Assembly (NCBI GenBank): GCA_031581405.1
Contig: JAVLBD010000001.1
Coordinates: forward strand, 1-35,736
Direction of reading: 5' to 3'
Source: Dehalococcoidia bacterium
Lineage (GTDB): Bacteria > Chloroflexota > Dehalococcoidia > E44-bin15
Length of the DNA stretch: 35,736 nt
The translations under genes and the position numbers were made by a program. This document shows positions 9,708-21,909 of this stretch, in pieces. How positions within the stretch are numbered: position 1 is the first letter of the stretch; the number at the start of each line of letters is the position of its first letter. Below the pieces are notes generated by a model, which searched no databases, was not told the origin of the DNA, and saw only the letters and a program-made list of their open reading frames with translations.

Positions 9708-10751
9708 TTGTCTGAAGTCGTGATACCCCAAATAGAATGTGCGGCAATATCTGGTAAATATGGCCAATTCGTCACCGAGCCTCTTGAGAGGGGATCTGGA
9801 ATTACTATGGGCAATGCCCTGCGACGAACGCTCCTCAGCTCCCTTAAAGGTGCTGCGGTAACTTGGGTCAAGATTGAGGGAGTGCTGCATGAGTTTTCCA
9901 CTGTACCTTATATGAGGGAGGATGTAATAGATTTTCTCCTGAATATCAAGGCAATTAGGCTTCGCCCTCTCACATCCAGTGAAGGTAAACTCACACTGAG
10001 AGCTGAAGGCGAGTGTAGTGTTTTAGCCGGTGACCTCGATATCTCAGCCGAGTTCGAGGTGATGAATCCAGAGCACCACTTGGCCCTCTTGGATTCCCCC
10101 GACGCCAAGTTGTTCGTGGAGTTCAATGTAGAACAGGATAAGGGATATCGACCTGCAAGCCAGGGTTATAGGTCTGGTGAGCAGACAGAAGGACAACCCC
10201 TCGGGGTGATTCCCCTCGATGCTGTCTTTACACCAGTACGTAAGGTTAACTATAGTATCGAGAACATCAACGTGGGGCAACTCAGCTACGAGAGGCTTAT
10301 TCTGGATGTGTGGACTGACGGCACAATATCACCAGTTGAAGCAGTGAGTCAGAGCGCTCATCTGTTAATGGATCAATTCCAGCTTTTTTATGAGCTCGCA
10401 AGACTCCCGTTGAGGGTAGGGGAAAAACAGCCTCGACTGCCCATACCTTTGGAGCAGTACAATATGCCCATTGAGGAGCTTGGTCTTTCTGTGCGCACAG
10501 CGAACTGCTTAAAGAGATCTGGGGTTACCAAAGTGGGAGAGCTGTTTGAAAAGACCGATAGAGAATTGCTTAATATAAAGAATTTTGGACAGAGGACACT
10601 TGATGAGGTGAATGAGCAGCTAAGGGAGAGGGGGTTTGTTTCTGAGGAGGATGAGAAAGACGATGTGGGACAGGTGGAAGGTGAACCAGCCCTGGATGCT
10701 GAGATTGATGAGGGGGATTACGATGAAAATGGACCAGCGGAGGATTCTTAA
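9708..10751 (+). CDS. rpoA: DNA-directed RNA polymerase alpha subunit, with an acidic C-terminal tail
   Basis: TTG start. Has the GNALRRTLLSS motif, a CTD helix-hairpin-helix (LGLSVRTANCLKRSGVTKVGEL) and about 45 aa of D/E-rich tail. Confidence 0.95.
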   Translation: MSEVVIPQIECAAISGKYGQFVTEPLERGSGITMGNALRRTLLSSLKGAAVTWVKIEGVLHEFSTVPYMREDVIDFLLNIKAIRLRPLTSSEGKLTLRAEGECSVLAGDLDISAEFEVMNPEHHLALLDSPDAKLFVEFNVEQDKGYRPASQGYRSGEQTEGQPLGVIPLDAVFTPVRKVNYSIENINVGQLSYERLILDVWTDGTISPVEAVSQSAHLLMDQFQLFYELARLPLRVGEKQPRLPIPLEQYNMPIEELGLSVRTANCLKRSGVTKVGELFEKTDRELLNIKNFGQRTLDEVNEQLRERGFVSEEDEKDDVGQVEGEPALDAEIDEGDYDENGPAEDS

Positions 10752-10754
10752 TCA

Positions 10755-11108
10755 ATGAGACACCATATTGCTGGTCGGACGTTATCCAGGCCGACAGGTC
10801 ACCGGGTTGCGATGTATCGGAACCTGGTTACTGATCTCTTAAGATATGGAAAGATCGTGACCACTGAAGCCAAAGCCAAAGAGGTCCAGGGCATGGTGGA
10901 TAAGATGATAACCCTGGGTAAGGGCGGAACTCTACATAACCGCCGCCAGGCGCTCGCTTTTATAACCGATTTAAAAGTAGTAGAGAAGGTGTTTAATGAA
11001 ATTGCCCCTAGATATGCCCAGCGCCCTGGAGGCTATTCTAGGATAATAAAACTGGGGCCTCGCCTAGGCGATAACGCGTCCATGGTGCGGCTGGAATTGG
11101 TGGAGTAA
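10755..11108 (+). CDS. rplQ: 50S ribosomal protein bL17
   Basis: [43 protein letters not shown]... is canonical bL17. Confidence 0.95.
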   Translation: MRHHIAGRTLSRPTGHRVAMYRNLVTDLLRYGKIVTTEAKAKEVQGMVDKMITLGKGGTLHNRRQALAFITDLKVVEKVFNEIAPRYAQRPGGYSRIIKLGPRLGDNASMVRLELVE

Positions 11109-11110
11109 CA

Positions 11111-11857
11111 ATGAAGATCGCCCTCATTGTTGAATATGAAGGCACCAGATATCATGGATTTCAGATTCAGACAAGGGAGCCCACCATTCAGGGCGAGCTT
11201 GAGCGTGTACTGATGGTAGTTACTGGTGAGGAGATTCGCATTTCATATGCTGGCCGCACGGACCAGGGAGTGCATGCTAAAGGGCAGGTGGTTGCCTTTA
11301 GAACGGATTCACCGCTTCCTCCGAAAACCATCGCACGGGCGCTGAACCACTACCTGCCGGATGATATTTCGGTTAGGGATGCTTTTTCGGTAGACGATGA
11401 TTTCGATCCCAGGAGAGATGCTTTAAGCAGGGAGTATTGCTACTATATCTGGAATAGCTCCACATATTCTCCACTCATGCGGCGGACTAGTTATTTTGTA
11501 CCCAGGACCCTGGAGATTGAAGCCATGAACGAGGCATGCCAGGCCATAGTGGGCACACATGATTTCGCTCCCTTTGCCACTTCGCTTGGCGGTAGAAAGA
11601 ATACAGTGCGTACCGTTTACCGGGCGATGGTGGATAGAGAGGGCGATTTAGTGAGCTGCCATGTGCAGGCCAATTCCTTCTTAACACATCAGGTACGGCG
11701 TACCATGGGATCCTTAGTAAAAGTAGGAGTGGGAAAGAGTAACGTGACAGACTTTAAAGATATTTTATGGTCAAAAGAGCCTGCTATAGCGGGGCCAACG
11801 CTGCCGGGACATGGGCTGTGTTTATTAAATGTTAATTACCCTGGTGGGCTGCAATGA
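11111..11857 (+). CDS. truA: tRNA pseudouridine(38-40) synthase
   Basis: MKIALIVEYEGTRYHGFQIQ... and the catalytic-Asp motif GRTDQGVHA; 248 aa. Confidence 0.93.
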   Translation: MKIALIVEYEGTRYHGFQIQTREPTIQGELERVLMVVTGEEIRISYAGRTDQGVHAKGQVVAFRTDSPLPPKTIARALNHYLPDDISVRDAFSVDDDFDPRRDALSREYCYYIWNSSTYSPLMRRTSYFVPRTLEIEAMNEACQAIVGTHDFAPFATSLGGRKNTVRTVYRAMVDREGDLVSCHVQANSFLTHQVRRTMGSLVKVGVGKSNVTDFKDILWSKEPAIAGPTLPGHGLCLLNVNYPGGLQ

Positions 11858-12318
11858 AAACCTATAGCACTAAATTCGCAGACCTCGCGCCACAATGGCA
11901 TGTTTTCGATGCCTCGGGAAAGACCCTGGGTCGGCTGGCATCTGAGATAGCCATATTACTCTTGGGTAAACATAAGCCTATATATACCTATCACCTTAAC
12001 ACAGGAGACTACGTTATTGTGGTAAATGCAGCAAAGGTTAGAGTGACAGGTAAAAAGGCACAGCAGAAAATGTACTATCGTCATTCCAATTATCCCGGCG
12101 GGCTTAAGAGCACCACCTTTGCCAGAATGATGGAGACTTACCCCACAAGAGTGATCGAATCTGCGGTGAAGGGAATGCTGCCCCACAATCGGCAGGGACG
12201 TGCTATGATGAAGAGACTCAAGGTCTATCAGGGAGATACGCATCCCCATCAGGCTCAGGTTAAGAAGCCCGATGAAGTGGATGGTCAAAGTGCAGGAAGT
12301 ACGGAGAAGGGGGCGTAG
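11854..12318 (+). CDS. rplM: 50S ribosomal protein uL13
   Basis: Contains ...WHVFDASGKTLGRLASEIAILLLGKHKPIYT.H...GDYVIVVNA.K...; ATGA overlap with truA. Confidence 0.95.
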   Translation: MKTYSTKFADLAPQWHVFDASGKTLGRLASEIAILLLGKHKPIYTYHLNTGDYVIVVNAAKVRVTGKKAQQKMYYRHSNYPGGLKSTTFARMMETYPTRVIESAVKGMLPHNRQGRAMMKRLKVYQGDTHPHQAQVKKPDEVDGQSAGSTEKGA

Positions 12319-12714
12319 TTGAACGAGAAAGGCTACTTATATGCCACAGGCAGAAGGAAGAACGCCGTAGCTCGGGTTAGGCTGTTTCCGGGAGCAGGTG
12401 CAATTGTGGTTAATGGACAGCCTTATGAGCAAGTAATATTTCAAGAAAGGTTTAGGAAGGTTATCCTTGAACCGCTGGTGGTGACCGATAACGTTGAGAA
12501 GTTCAGTATTAGTGTTAAGGTAAGCGGTGGTGGCTACGCCGGGCAAGCTGGTGCTATTCGACATGGGATTGCCCGTGCCCTGGTAGTGTCTGACAAAAAA
12601 CTGATTCCTCTACTTCGCACTTATGGCCTACTTACCCGTGACCCTCGAGTGAAGGAACGAAAGAAGCCTGGCCTGGTCCGTGCCCGCAAAGCAAAGCAAT
12701 ATACCAAGAGATAA
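12319..12714 (+). CDS. rpsI: 30S ribosomal protein uS9
   Basis: TTG start directly after the rplM TAG. Contains ...YATGRRKNAVARVRLFPGAG.IVVNG... and ends ...ARKAKQYTKR. Confidence 0.95.
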   Translation: MNEKGYLYATGRRKNAVARVRLFPGAGAIVVNGQPYEQVIFQERFRKVILEPLVVTDNVEKFSISVKVSGGGYAGQAGAIRHGIARALVVSDKKLIPLLRTYGLLTRDPRVKERKKPGLVRARKAKQYTKR

Positions 12715-12718
12715 AATA

Positions 12719-13918
12719 TCAGCCACTCCTTGGCAACCCAAGCCCTCTCTCGGCAATTATATTGCGCAGTATCTCCGAGGTACCTGCTGCTATGAGCATA
12801 CCAACTGAGTTCATATAAGTATCCGCCATCATCCCCTGGAGGGGAGCCCATTTAGAGCCGAGCCATAGCTGCCCATAGAGCCCCATTATTTGCGTTCCCA
12901 CATCAGTCATTCGCTGAAGGGTTTCAGAGGCGAATACCTTAATCATAGGAGCTTCATAGCCAGGTAGTTCACCTTTTGTCTGCTGCCAAACAATACGATA
13001 GCCTATCACGCGGGCAATCTCGACCTCAATGGCCAGATCTGCCAGTTTCTGTCTAATGGAGGGATTTTTGCTCAGAGGAAGTCCATTTACTATGGTTTCC
13101 TTGGCAAACCCTACCAACTTATCGATGAGTCGTTGGGCGGCTGCAGCAAACACAACGCCCATGGTTCTCTCGAAACCCATGGCAATCATAATATAATACC
13201 AGCCGCGGTTCTCCTCTCCTATCAAGTTCCTTTTTGGGACGTGCACATTGTCGAAGAATACCTCGTTGAAAAAGAGATGACCGGCCATGTTTAACAGGGG
13301 GCGTACAGTGATTCCCGGTGTCTTCATATCGACAAGGAGGAGGCTGATGCCATGGTGCTTCTTGGGGGCATCGGGATCGGTCTTGACCAGCATCCAGCCC
13401 CAATCGGCAATATGAGCCGCGCTGGTCCATACCTTCTGCCCATTGATGATATATTCGTCTCCCTGTAGTACAGCACGGCACGTCACATTAGACATGTCCG
13501 ATCCAGCCCCTGGCTCGCTATACATGGTGCACCACCATCTCTCCCCCGCGGCGAGTGGCGGAAGGTGTTCCCTCTTTTGCTCCTCATTACCCAGTATGAG
13601 AAGGGTTGGGCCAACCCACGTTATCCCGCCAACGCCCATGTCGATGCCTGGGACCTGGTGATAAGTTGCCTCCTCCTTAAAGATCATGTGCTCAATTGGA
13701 GAAGCCTCTAGCCCGCCATACTCTTTGGGCCAGTTCATGGCTAGCCATTTCTTGTCCCCTAGCTTCTTCGCTACCTGCTTGGTAAATTCAAAGTTCTGGG
13801 GATCAAAATCAGCCTCCAGCGTTCCCCAATCCCTCGGCGTCGGTGGTAGCTCCTCCTTTATAAATCGTTGCACTTCCTGGCGAAAGGCTTCTTCCTCTGG
13901 GGTGAATTTAAAATCCAT
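12719..13918 (-). CDS. Acyl-CoA dehydrogenase family protein
   Basis: 399 aa with an MDFKFTPEEEAFRQEV... N-terminus and the C-terminal ...AAGTSEILRNIIAERGLGLPRS typical of ACADs. Substrate is unknown. Confidence 0.9.
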   Translation of the reverse strand: MDFKFTPEEEAFRQEVQRFIKEELPPTPRDWGTLEADFDPQNFEFTKQVAKKLGDKKWLAMNWPKEYGGLEASPIEHMIFKEEATYHQVPGIDMGVGGITWVGPTLLILGNEEQKREHLPPLAAGERWWCTMYSEPGAGSDMSNVTCRAVLQGDEYIINGQKVWTSAAHIADWGWMLVKTDPDAPKKHHGISLLLVDMKTPGITVRPLLNMAGHLFFNEVFFDNVHVPKRNLIGEENRGWYYIMIAMGFERTMGVVFAAAAQRLIDKLVGFAKETIVNGLPLSKNPSIRQKLADLAIEVEIARVIGYRIVWQQTKGELPGYEAPMIKVFASETLQRMTDVGTQIMGLYGQLWLGSKWAPLQGMMADTYMNSVGMLIAAGTSEILRNIIAERGLGLPRSG

Positions 13919-13954
13919 ACCTATGCCCCTTTCTACACAAATATCTGTGTTTTT

Positions 13955-15025
13955 TCAATAAGTGTCGGCCTCAGCGAGTCTTCCCTTCAGATAATCGATG
14001 GCTGTTACGGGGGATGGGTCAACATCATTCAACAGGGCTACGTAGTAGCTAACATAATCACCAAGAATGACCGCGCTCATCATCTGGCTCAAGGGGCTCT
14101 TGCCCTTGACCTCCAAAAATTCATAAGTTACCCCGGCCTCTTTAAGAAGTTCGCCGGTGGCCTCAATTCGTGATAGTATACGCGGAAAAAGGGAAGAAGA
14201 ATATAGCATGACCACAAAGGTCTTATGATTAAGCCATGAGGGGAATCTATATCCAACTACTGCATTATGATTCAACTCGGGAAAGTATTCAGCGAAAGCC
14301 CAGACCTTACTACACTCATTGAGTTGGGTCTTCCAGCGGTAGGCAACCTTAGAGAGTGTGCCCGCCCCATATATAACTACCAAATGCCCCCAAAGCCTGG
14401 TTGCTAGCTGCTTAGCCTGATTATCCTGGAGCGAGGCACCCTTGTCAAATTCATTCGATAACTTCTCAAGAGCCGTTATCGTTTCATTTACTTCATGCTC
14501 CTCGAGATCTATAAAACCTAGTTTTCGGAAAATAGCCAGGAGCGAAAAAAAGCTGTACCCCAAGGCGGCGCGTGGCTCCGCATCATAGTGGAAGGTATAT
14601 ACAGGAATGCCTTTCTCCGCACAGAGGGCCTGCAACCTTCCCCCGGTAGTAATGGCCAGTTTCTTTGCGGGTGTTAGGAGCGCCTGGGAGAAGGCGGAGA
14701 GGGTTTCCTCTGTGTTACCAGAATAGCTTGAGGCGATGACTAAGGTCTTCTCATCAACAGATTGTGGTAAATGATAATCACGATTAACCAGAACTGAAAT
14801 ATTACTTTTCTCTAAGGTCATTGTTTGTACTAGATCGCCACCGATAGCGGATCCCCCCATCCCCATGATTATCACCTTATCTACGTTGCAATAATCGGAG
14901 GGCAGCGATATATCGAGTGCAAGCTGCCACGCCTTTTTACATTGTTGCGGCAATTCACCAATGCGGCCTATCATATTCGAGGGATCAAACTTGTTATAGA
15001 CTTCTGCGGTATCCAAACTCGACAT
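13955..15025 (-). CDS. Bifunctional phosphoglucose/phosphomannose isomerase (SIS-domain PGI/PMI family)
   Basis: SIS motifs IIMGMGGSAIGGDL and SSYSGNTEET. The size of about 356 aa and the neighbouring PMM/NDP-sugar genes also fit. Confidence 0.8.
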   Translation of the reverse strand: MSSLDTAEVYNKFDPSNMIGRIGELPQQCKKAWQLALDISLPSDYCNVDKVIIMGMGGSAIGGDLVQTMTLEKSNISVLVNRDYHLPQSVDEKTLVIASSYSGNTEETLSAFSQALLTPAKKLAITTGGRLQALCAEKGIPVYTFHYDAEPRAALGYSFFSLLAIFRKLGFIDLEEHEVNETITALEKLSNEFDKGASLQDNQAKQLATRLWGHLVVIYGAGTLSKVAYRWKTQLNECSKVWAFAEYFPELNHNAVVGYRFPSWLNHKTFVVMLYSSSLFPRILSRIEATGELLKEAGVTYEFLEVKGKSPLSQMMSAVILGDYVSYYVALLNDVDPSPVTAIDYLKGRLAEADTY

Positions 15026-15028
15026 AAT

Positions 15029-16471
15029 CTAAATACCTGCCATTTCTCTTCCCGCTTCGAGAAATCCATCAACTCGGGCAATGCTGTCGCTCTCGGCATA
15101 GACGCGAAGGATAGGTTCAGTTCCAGAAAAGCGTATTAACAGCCAGTTTCGATCGGCTAGCAGGAAGCGGAAGCCATCGCTTGTCTCGATCCCGGTGACT
15201 GCAGTGTTCTTAATATGGCTAGGCCTGCTCATATTAAGACGATCGGCGATTACCTCTCTTTTACTAGCTGGGAACTCGATGTCAATGCGCTTGTAATAGT
15301 GGGGGCCTACCTTACTATATAGGTATTCCAACAGTTGAGACGGGCTTTTTTGTTTCCTGACCATCAGGTCAAGAAAGAGGAGGCCGGAGAGAATGCCATC
15401 ACGTTCCGGTATATGGCCGCGGTAGGCAAAGCCGCCGCTCTCTTCACCTCCGATCAGAGCATCCTCGGCAAGCATCTTTGGGGCTACGTATTTGAAGCCC
15501 ACGGGAGTTTCATAGACCGGTACCTCATAAAGCTCTCCCAATCGATAGAGCATGCTTGTCTGTGTTATCGTCTTTACTATCGCGCCGCGTTTTTCGCAAA
15601 CCTCCAAAAGATAGAGGGCAAGTAAAGTAAAGACCTGAAGGGTAGTAAGAAATTCACCCCGCTCATCCATGATGCCGATACGGTCGGCGTCACCATCTGT
15701 AGCTAGACCTACGCTGGCACCATCTTCTTTCACACTCACGGAAAGCTCACCTAAGTTTGAGGCTATAGGTTCGGGTTGTAGTCCAGGGAATAACGGATTT
15801 CTCTCGCCATGTATCTCCGTAACCTGTGTAGTACCCCCGCTTAGGATGCTACGTAAATATCCTATCCCTGCCCCATACATCGAGTCCACTATTACCTTGA
15901 GGCCACTGTGGCGCAGCCTTTCCAGATCAACCAACTCTCCTATATGCTGCATGTATGTAGGGGAAGGGTCGAACTTCGTAACTATTCCCTCCTTTAAAGC
16001 CTGATCCAGTGGCATCTGCTTAACAATGCCGCCAGCCTGAATACGAGAGATATGACTCTCCAGCTCTGTGATAACCTCTGGAGAAGCGCTGCTGGCATTC
16101 TCCAGCTTGTACTTGAAGCCATTCCAGGATGCCGCGTTGTGGCTGGCAGTAATGACAATCGCGCCACCGGCCTGCTGCACCAGGATAGCATAGCTAATTA
16201 TCGGTATAGGGGTGGCCTGTTGGCAAAGGTAAACCCTGATCCCGTTAGCGGCGACTACCTCGGCAGCAGCTGCAGCAAAGTCCTCAGAGGCAAACCTGGT
16301 ATCATAGCCCACGACCAGGCCCCTATGAGCAAGCCCAGCACCGGTAAGGTAATCGGCTGCACTCTGGGCACATATCCTCACGTTTTCGAAGGTGAAATCA
16401 TCGGCGATGATTCCCCGCCAGCCATCGGTACCAAATTTAATAGGAGCGGTCAATTTAAACTCTTTCTCCAT
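15029..16471 (-). CDS. Phosphomannomutase/phosphoglucomutase (alpha-D-phosphohexomutase)
   Basis: Active-site Ser loop TASHNAASWNGFK, Mg loop GLATDGDADR and sugar loop GGEESGG. Confidence 0.9.
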   Translation of the reverse strand: MEKEFKLTAPIKFGTDGWRGIIADDFTFENVRICAQSAADYLTGAGLAHRGLVVGYDTRFASEDFAAAAAEVVAANGIRVYLCQQATPIPIISYAILVQQAGGAIVITASHNAASWNGFKYKLENASSASPEVITELESHISRIQAGGIVKQMPLDQALKEGIVTKFDPSPTYMQHIGELVDLERLRHSGLKVIVDSMYGAGIGYLRSILSGGTTQVTEIHGERNPLFPGLQPEPIASNLGELSVSVKEDGASVGLATDGDADRIGIMDERGEFLTTLQVFTLLALYLLEVCEKRGAIVKTITQTSMLYRLGELYEVPVYETPVGFKYVAPKMLAEDALIGGEESGGFAYRGHIPERDGILSGLLFLDLMVRKQKSPSQLLEYLYSKVGPHYYKRIDIEFPASKREVIADRLNMSRPSHIKNTAVTGIETSDGFRFLLADRNWLLIRFSGTEPILRVYAESDSIARVDGFLEAGREMAGI

Positions 16472-16575
16472 ACTATTCTAGCAGAACATCTGGAGTATTT
16501 TCCCCATTATCGCTACCCTATTGCGAATATTATGAATGTCTTCCCCAAGACCTCTCATGGTTGGACCAAAGGGCG

Positions 16576-17667
16576 TCAAGGGTTTTCGTCTGGCCAAACC
16601 TTTATGCCCTGTTCCAGTATTTGATCGCTCCCCACGACAACGTTACTACCCAATACGCAGCCTTCCATACACTGAGTTCGTTCCCCAATGACGACATTTT
16701 CACCGATTACACAATTCCTAATCGATACCTTCCGGCCAAGTTGAGCATTTTGCCAAACTACTGACCCATCAACAAGGCTGTCAGATTCAATTATACAATT
16801 GTGCCCAATGATTGAGGGACCCTTGATATGCGCCATGGAACCAATAACGCAGTTTCTGCCGATTATTACTGTTCCTTCAAGCTGGGCCTGTGTGTGGATA
16901 TTACAGCCCTTTTCGAGCCATATCCCCTCGCCAGTGGGTTTGCCAGGGAATACCCTGGCTATTCGTCCTTCGAGCAAATCATGATGAAGCATAAGGTATT
17001 TCTCGGGGGTACCAATGTCGATCCAATAGGCATCGGATTGGAAGCCGTAAACCGGGTCGCCCCTCTTCAGCAGACGAGGAAAGAGACCATGCTCAAAGCT
17101 GAAGTTCAATCCATTGGGGATGTGGCTCAGCACCTCAGGTGCAATAATATACGCGCCTGCATTGATCATATTGGTAGTCACTGCATCACGATGTGGTTTC
17201 TCAATAAATCGCTGCACCCTGCCCTCTGCACTTGTCTCAACAACACCATAGATAGTTGGATCCTCTACCGGGGTTAGGGCAATTGTAACCTTTGCCCCAC
17301 TGTTGTGGTGAAATTCCATCATCGCCGTGAGGTCTATATCAGTGTATGTATCACCGTTAAAGACATAGAAGGTCTCATCAAGACATTCCGCAACATTTTT
17401 TACTGCTCCTGCGGTTCCCAGGGGGGTATCTTCCAGCGCGTAGGTTAGCTTTACTCCAAAGTTGCTGCCATCGCCAAAATGTAGCCGGGTGCGATCCGGG
17501 AGGTAACAGAGGGTCAGGATGATATCATCGATGCCATGCCCCTTCAGGTATTCGATCATATGTTCAAGGAATGGCCTGTTGGCAATAGGTACCATGGACT
17601 TGGGCGTATTCAGAGTAAGGGGGCGCAGCCTCGTTCCCTCACCACCAACCAAAAGAACCGCCTTCAC
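16576..17667 (-). CDS. Sugar-1-phosphate nucleotidyltransferase with C-terminal left-handed beta-helix (mannose-1-P guanylyltransferase-like)
   Basis: N-terminal LLVGGEGTRLRPLTLNTPK signature, with hexapeptide-repeat-like I/V-G-x-x-x-x periodicity in the C-terminal third. Sugar and nucleotide specificity are inferred from neighbours only. Confidence 0.85.
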   Translation of the reverse strand: MKAVLLVGGEGTRLRPLTLNTPKSMVPIANRPFLEHMIEYLKGHGIDDIILTLCYLPDRTRLHFGDGSNFGVKLTYALEDTPLGTAGAVKNVAECLDETFYVFNGDTYTDIDLTAMMEFHHNSGAKVTIALTPVEDPTIYGVVETSAEGRVQRFIEKPHRDAVTTNMINAGAYIIAPEVLSHIPNGLNFSFEHGLFPRLLKRGDPVYGFQSDAYWIDIGTPEKYLMLHHDLLEGRIARVFPGKPTGEGIWLEKGCNIHTQAQLEGTVIIGRNCVIGSMAHIKGPSIIGHNCIIESDSLVDGSVVWQNAQLGRKVSIRNCVIGENVVIGERTQCMEGCVLGSNVVVGSDQILEQGIKVWPDENP

Positions 17668-17756
17668 TTTTTAAACCCTTCCGCCTATGCTACCATGGTC
17701 TGGCTTTATTCATACAGTACTCAGTTGTGAGGCCCGCATTAAATTTGGATTCGCCT

Positions 17757-18962
17757 TTATAGGCCAGCCTCAGACCTGAGTAGAGCCGCCTTATCGGTCT
17801 TCTCCCATGGAACATCGATATCGGTGCGACCGAAATGGCCGTAGCTAGCGGTTTGTTTGTAAATGGGGCGTCGTAACTTTAAATGATCGATGATCGCACC
17901 GGGGCGAAGGTCAAAATGCTTATTGATCAGGCCAACAATAACATCATCGGCAACGTGACCGGTGCCAAAAGTCTCTATAGCGATAGAAATGGGATGAGCC
18001 ACTCCAATTGCATAAGAGACCTGGATTTCAAGCCGATCGGCGACCCCCGCTGCTACAAGGTTCTTGGCCACATACCTCGCCGCATAGGCTGCAGAACGGT
18101 CCACCTTTGTGGGATCCTTGCCCGAGAAACAGCCTCCACCGTGCCTGGCGATGCCGCCATATGTATCTACCAGTATCTTACGCCCCGTGAGACCACAATC
18201 ACCCATGGGGCCACCAACAACGAAGCGTCCCGTAGCATTTACATAATACTTCGTATTTTTATCAAGCAAGGACGACGGAATTACCGGCTTGATAACATGT
18301 TCAAGAATATCGTTCTTTATTGTTTCGTGGCTGGTATTGGGATGGTGCTGAGCAGCAATAATGACAGTATCGACGCGTTGAGGAACGCCCTTGGAATACT
18401 CTACGGTTACCTGTGATTTACCATCGGGGCGCAGGTAGTGAAGGGTGCCGTCCTTCCTAACTTCTGCAAGACGCTTGCATAGCTTGTGTGCCAGGGAGAT
18501 AGTGATGGGCATAAACTCGGGCGTTTCGTTGCAGGCAAATCCCACCATCATCCCTTGATCGCCAGCACCAACGGTCTCATAATCGTTATCACCTTTACCG
18601 CTCTTAATCTCAAGCGACTTGTCTACTCCTAAAGCGATGTCCTTCGACTGCTCTTTGATTGAGACCATTACGCCACAGGTATCACAGTCAAATCCGTATT
18701 TAGCACGGGTATAGCCTATTTCTCTCAACACCTGGCGCACCACATCCTGCATCTCCACATAGCAGTCGGTAGTTATCTCTCCCATAACAACGACCAGCCC
18801 GGTGGTCGCTACGGTTTCGCAGGCCACCCTGGCCATAGGATCCTGGGCCAGGATTGTGTCGAGTATAGTATCTGAGATAATATCACATAGTTTATCGGGG
18901 TGGCCTTCTGTCACCGATTCAGAGGTGATAAATTGAGATGGTGCGCTCATAAAAGTTGTCAT
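17757..18962 (-). CDS. metK: S-adenosylmethionine synthetase
   Basis: Motifs [23 protein letters not shown] and [16 protein letters not shown]; 401 aa. Confidence 0.97.
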   Translation of the reverse strand: MTTFMSAPSQFITSESVTEGHPDKLCDIISDTILDTILAQDPMARVACETVATTGLVVVMGEITTDCYVEMQDVVRQVLREIGYTRAKYGFDCDTCGVMVSIKEQSKDIALGVDKSLEIKSGKGDNDYETVGAGDQGMMVGFACNETPEFMPITISLAHKLCKRLAEVRKDGTLHYLRPDGKSQVTVEYSKGVPQRVDTVIIAAQHHPNTSHETIKNDILEHVIKPVIPSSLLDKNTKYYVNATGRFVVGGPMGDCGLTGRKILVDTYGGIARHGGGCFSGKDPTKVDRSAAYAARYVAKNLVAAGVADRLEIQVSYAIGVAHPISIAIETFGTGHVADDVIVGLINKHFDLRPGAIIDHLKLRRPIYKQTASYGHFGRTDIDVPWEKTDKAALLRSEAGL

Positions 18963-18979
18963 TTCTGTCTCCTTTTTAT

Positions 18980-21150
<2,171 letters not shown>

Positions 21151-21206
21151 CCAGTTGCCCCGTTCACTCTGCTTTGTCCTCTATTCTTATCCTCTGTGCA
21201 TTCAAA

Positions 21207-21737
21207 TCAAATACCATTTGTTGGAGAGCTGAGCCAATCAAGTACTTGCCTTAGAACCTCACTGTGATTAGCCCTGGTCACTGTGCTGATAACCACATTG
21301 GGGTGCTGCTTAATCTCATCTGCCCATGGGTGGGAGGACCGCATGATAGTACCCAGAATCCTCTTTTCGCCATTTATTGCATCTGAGACCGCCAGTTGAA
21401 AACTGGGGGAAAATAGCTCCATCTTTCCGATCTCATCGATGACGATAAGATCACGCTCCCGAGTCGCTTCTCTGAGTGCCCCAACCCCTACTCTATCCAG
21501 ACCTTCGATATCAACGCCATATTTGCTGATACGATAGGGACTTATAATATCGATGTGAGCTAGAATCGCACTATAACCTTCCAGTGTTACAATCCTGAAG
21601 CCCTGCCTAACCCCACCCTCTCTAATTTCTTCGGTGAAAAATCCCCCAGCAGCTACCTGAGCCTTTTCCAAAGCTCGTTTAATAATAGTGGTTTTACCAA
21701 CTCCGGGACCACCGGTGAGAAGATAGGCCTTCCTCAT
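21207..21737 (-). CDS. THEP1/NTPCR-like nucleoside-triphosphatase (P-loop NTPase_1 family)
   Basis: 176 aa with Walker A GGPGVGKTT and Walker B LIVIDEIGKMEL. Size and layout resemble the Aquifex THEP1 family. Confidence 0.8.
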   Translation of the reverse strand: MRKAYLLTGGPGVGKTTIIKRALEKAQVAAGGFFTEEIREGGVRQGFRIVTLEGYSAILAHIDIISPYRISKYGVDIEGLDRVGVGALREATRERDLIVIDEIGKMELFSPSFQLAVSDAINGEKRILGTIMRSSHPWADEIKQHPNVVISTVTRANHSEVLRQVLDWLSSPTNGI

Positions 21738-21823
21738 GCACTTTTCTCGACCCTCCTCTTCTCCTTCATCTTTTTCATTTTCTTGCGGTGTTTCATCGTT
21801 GCAACTCTTTTAGTCTTATTCAT
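21734..21823 (-). CDS. Untracked 29-codon, extremely basic miniprotein (MNKTKRVATMKHRKKMKKMKEKRRVEKSA); reminiscent of bS22/AURKAIP1-type mini ribosomal proteins
   Basis: Hand translation of the - strand. ATG at 21823 is preceded by AAAGGGGGG. Its TGA (21734-21736) overlaps the NTPase ATG (21735-21737) as ATGA. 15 of the 29 residues are K/R/H. Confidence 0.45.
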   Translation of the reverse strand: MNKTKRVATMKHRKKMKKMKEKRRVEKSA

Positions 21824-21909
21824 ATCCCCCCTTTTGCCCTGAAATCAACATTTTAGCTTCACTATCGGTAACCCTAAATTATCTCTGTCAACAGCATTTG
21901 CTCATATAT

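Noticed and set aside
11111-11857. truA inserted between rplQ and rplM as a possible anomaly
   Set aside because: The rplQ...truA-rplM-rpsI linkage is a known conserved arrangement in many Gram-positive-type genomes, so it is not unusual.
21824-21909. TTGACA hexamer on the - strand as an internal promoter ahead of the basic miniprotein
   Set aside because: No acceptable -10 hexamer lies at 16-18 nt spacing (it reads CCGATA/CGATAG). This is too weak to call.
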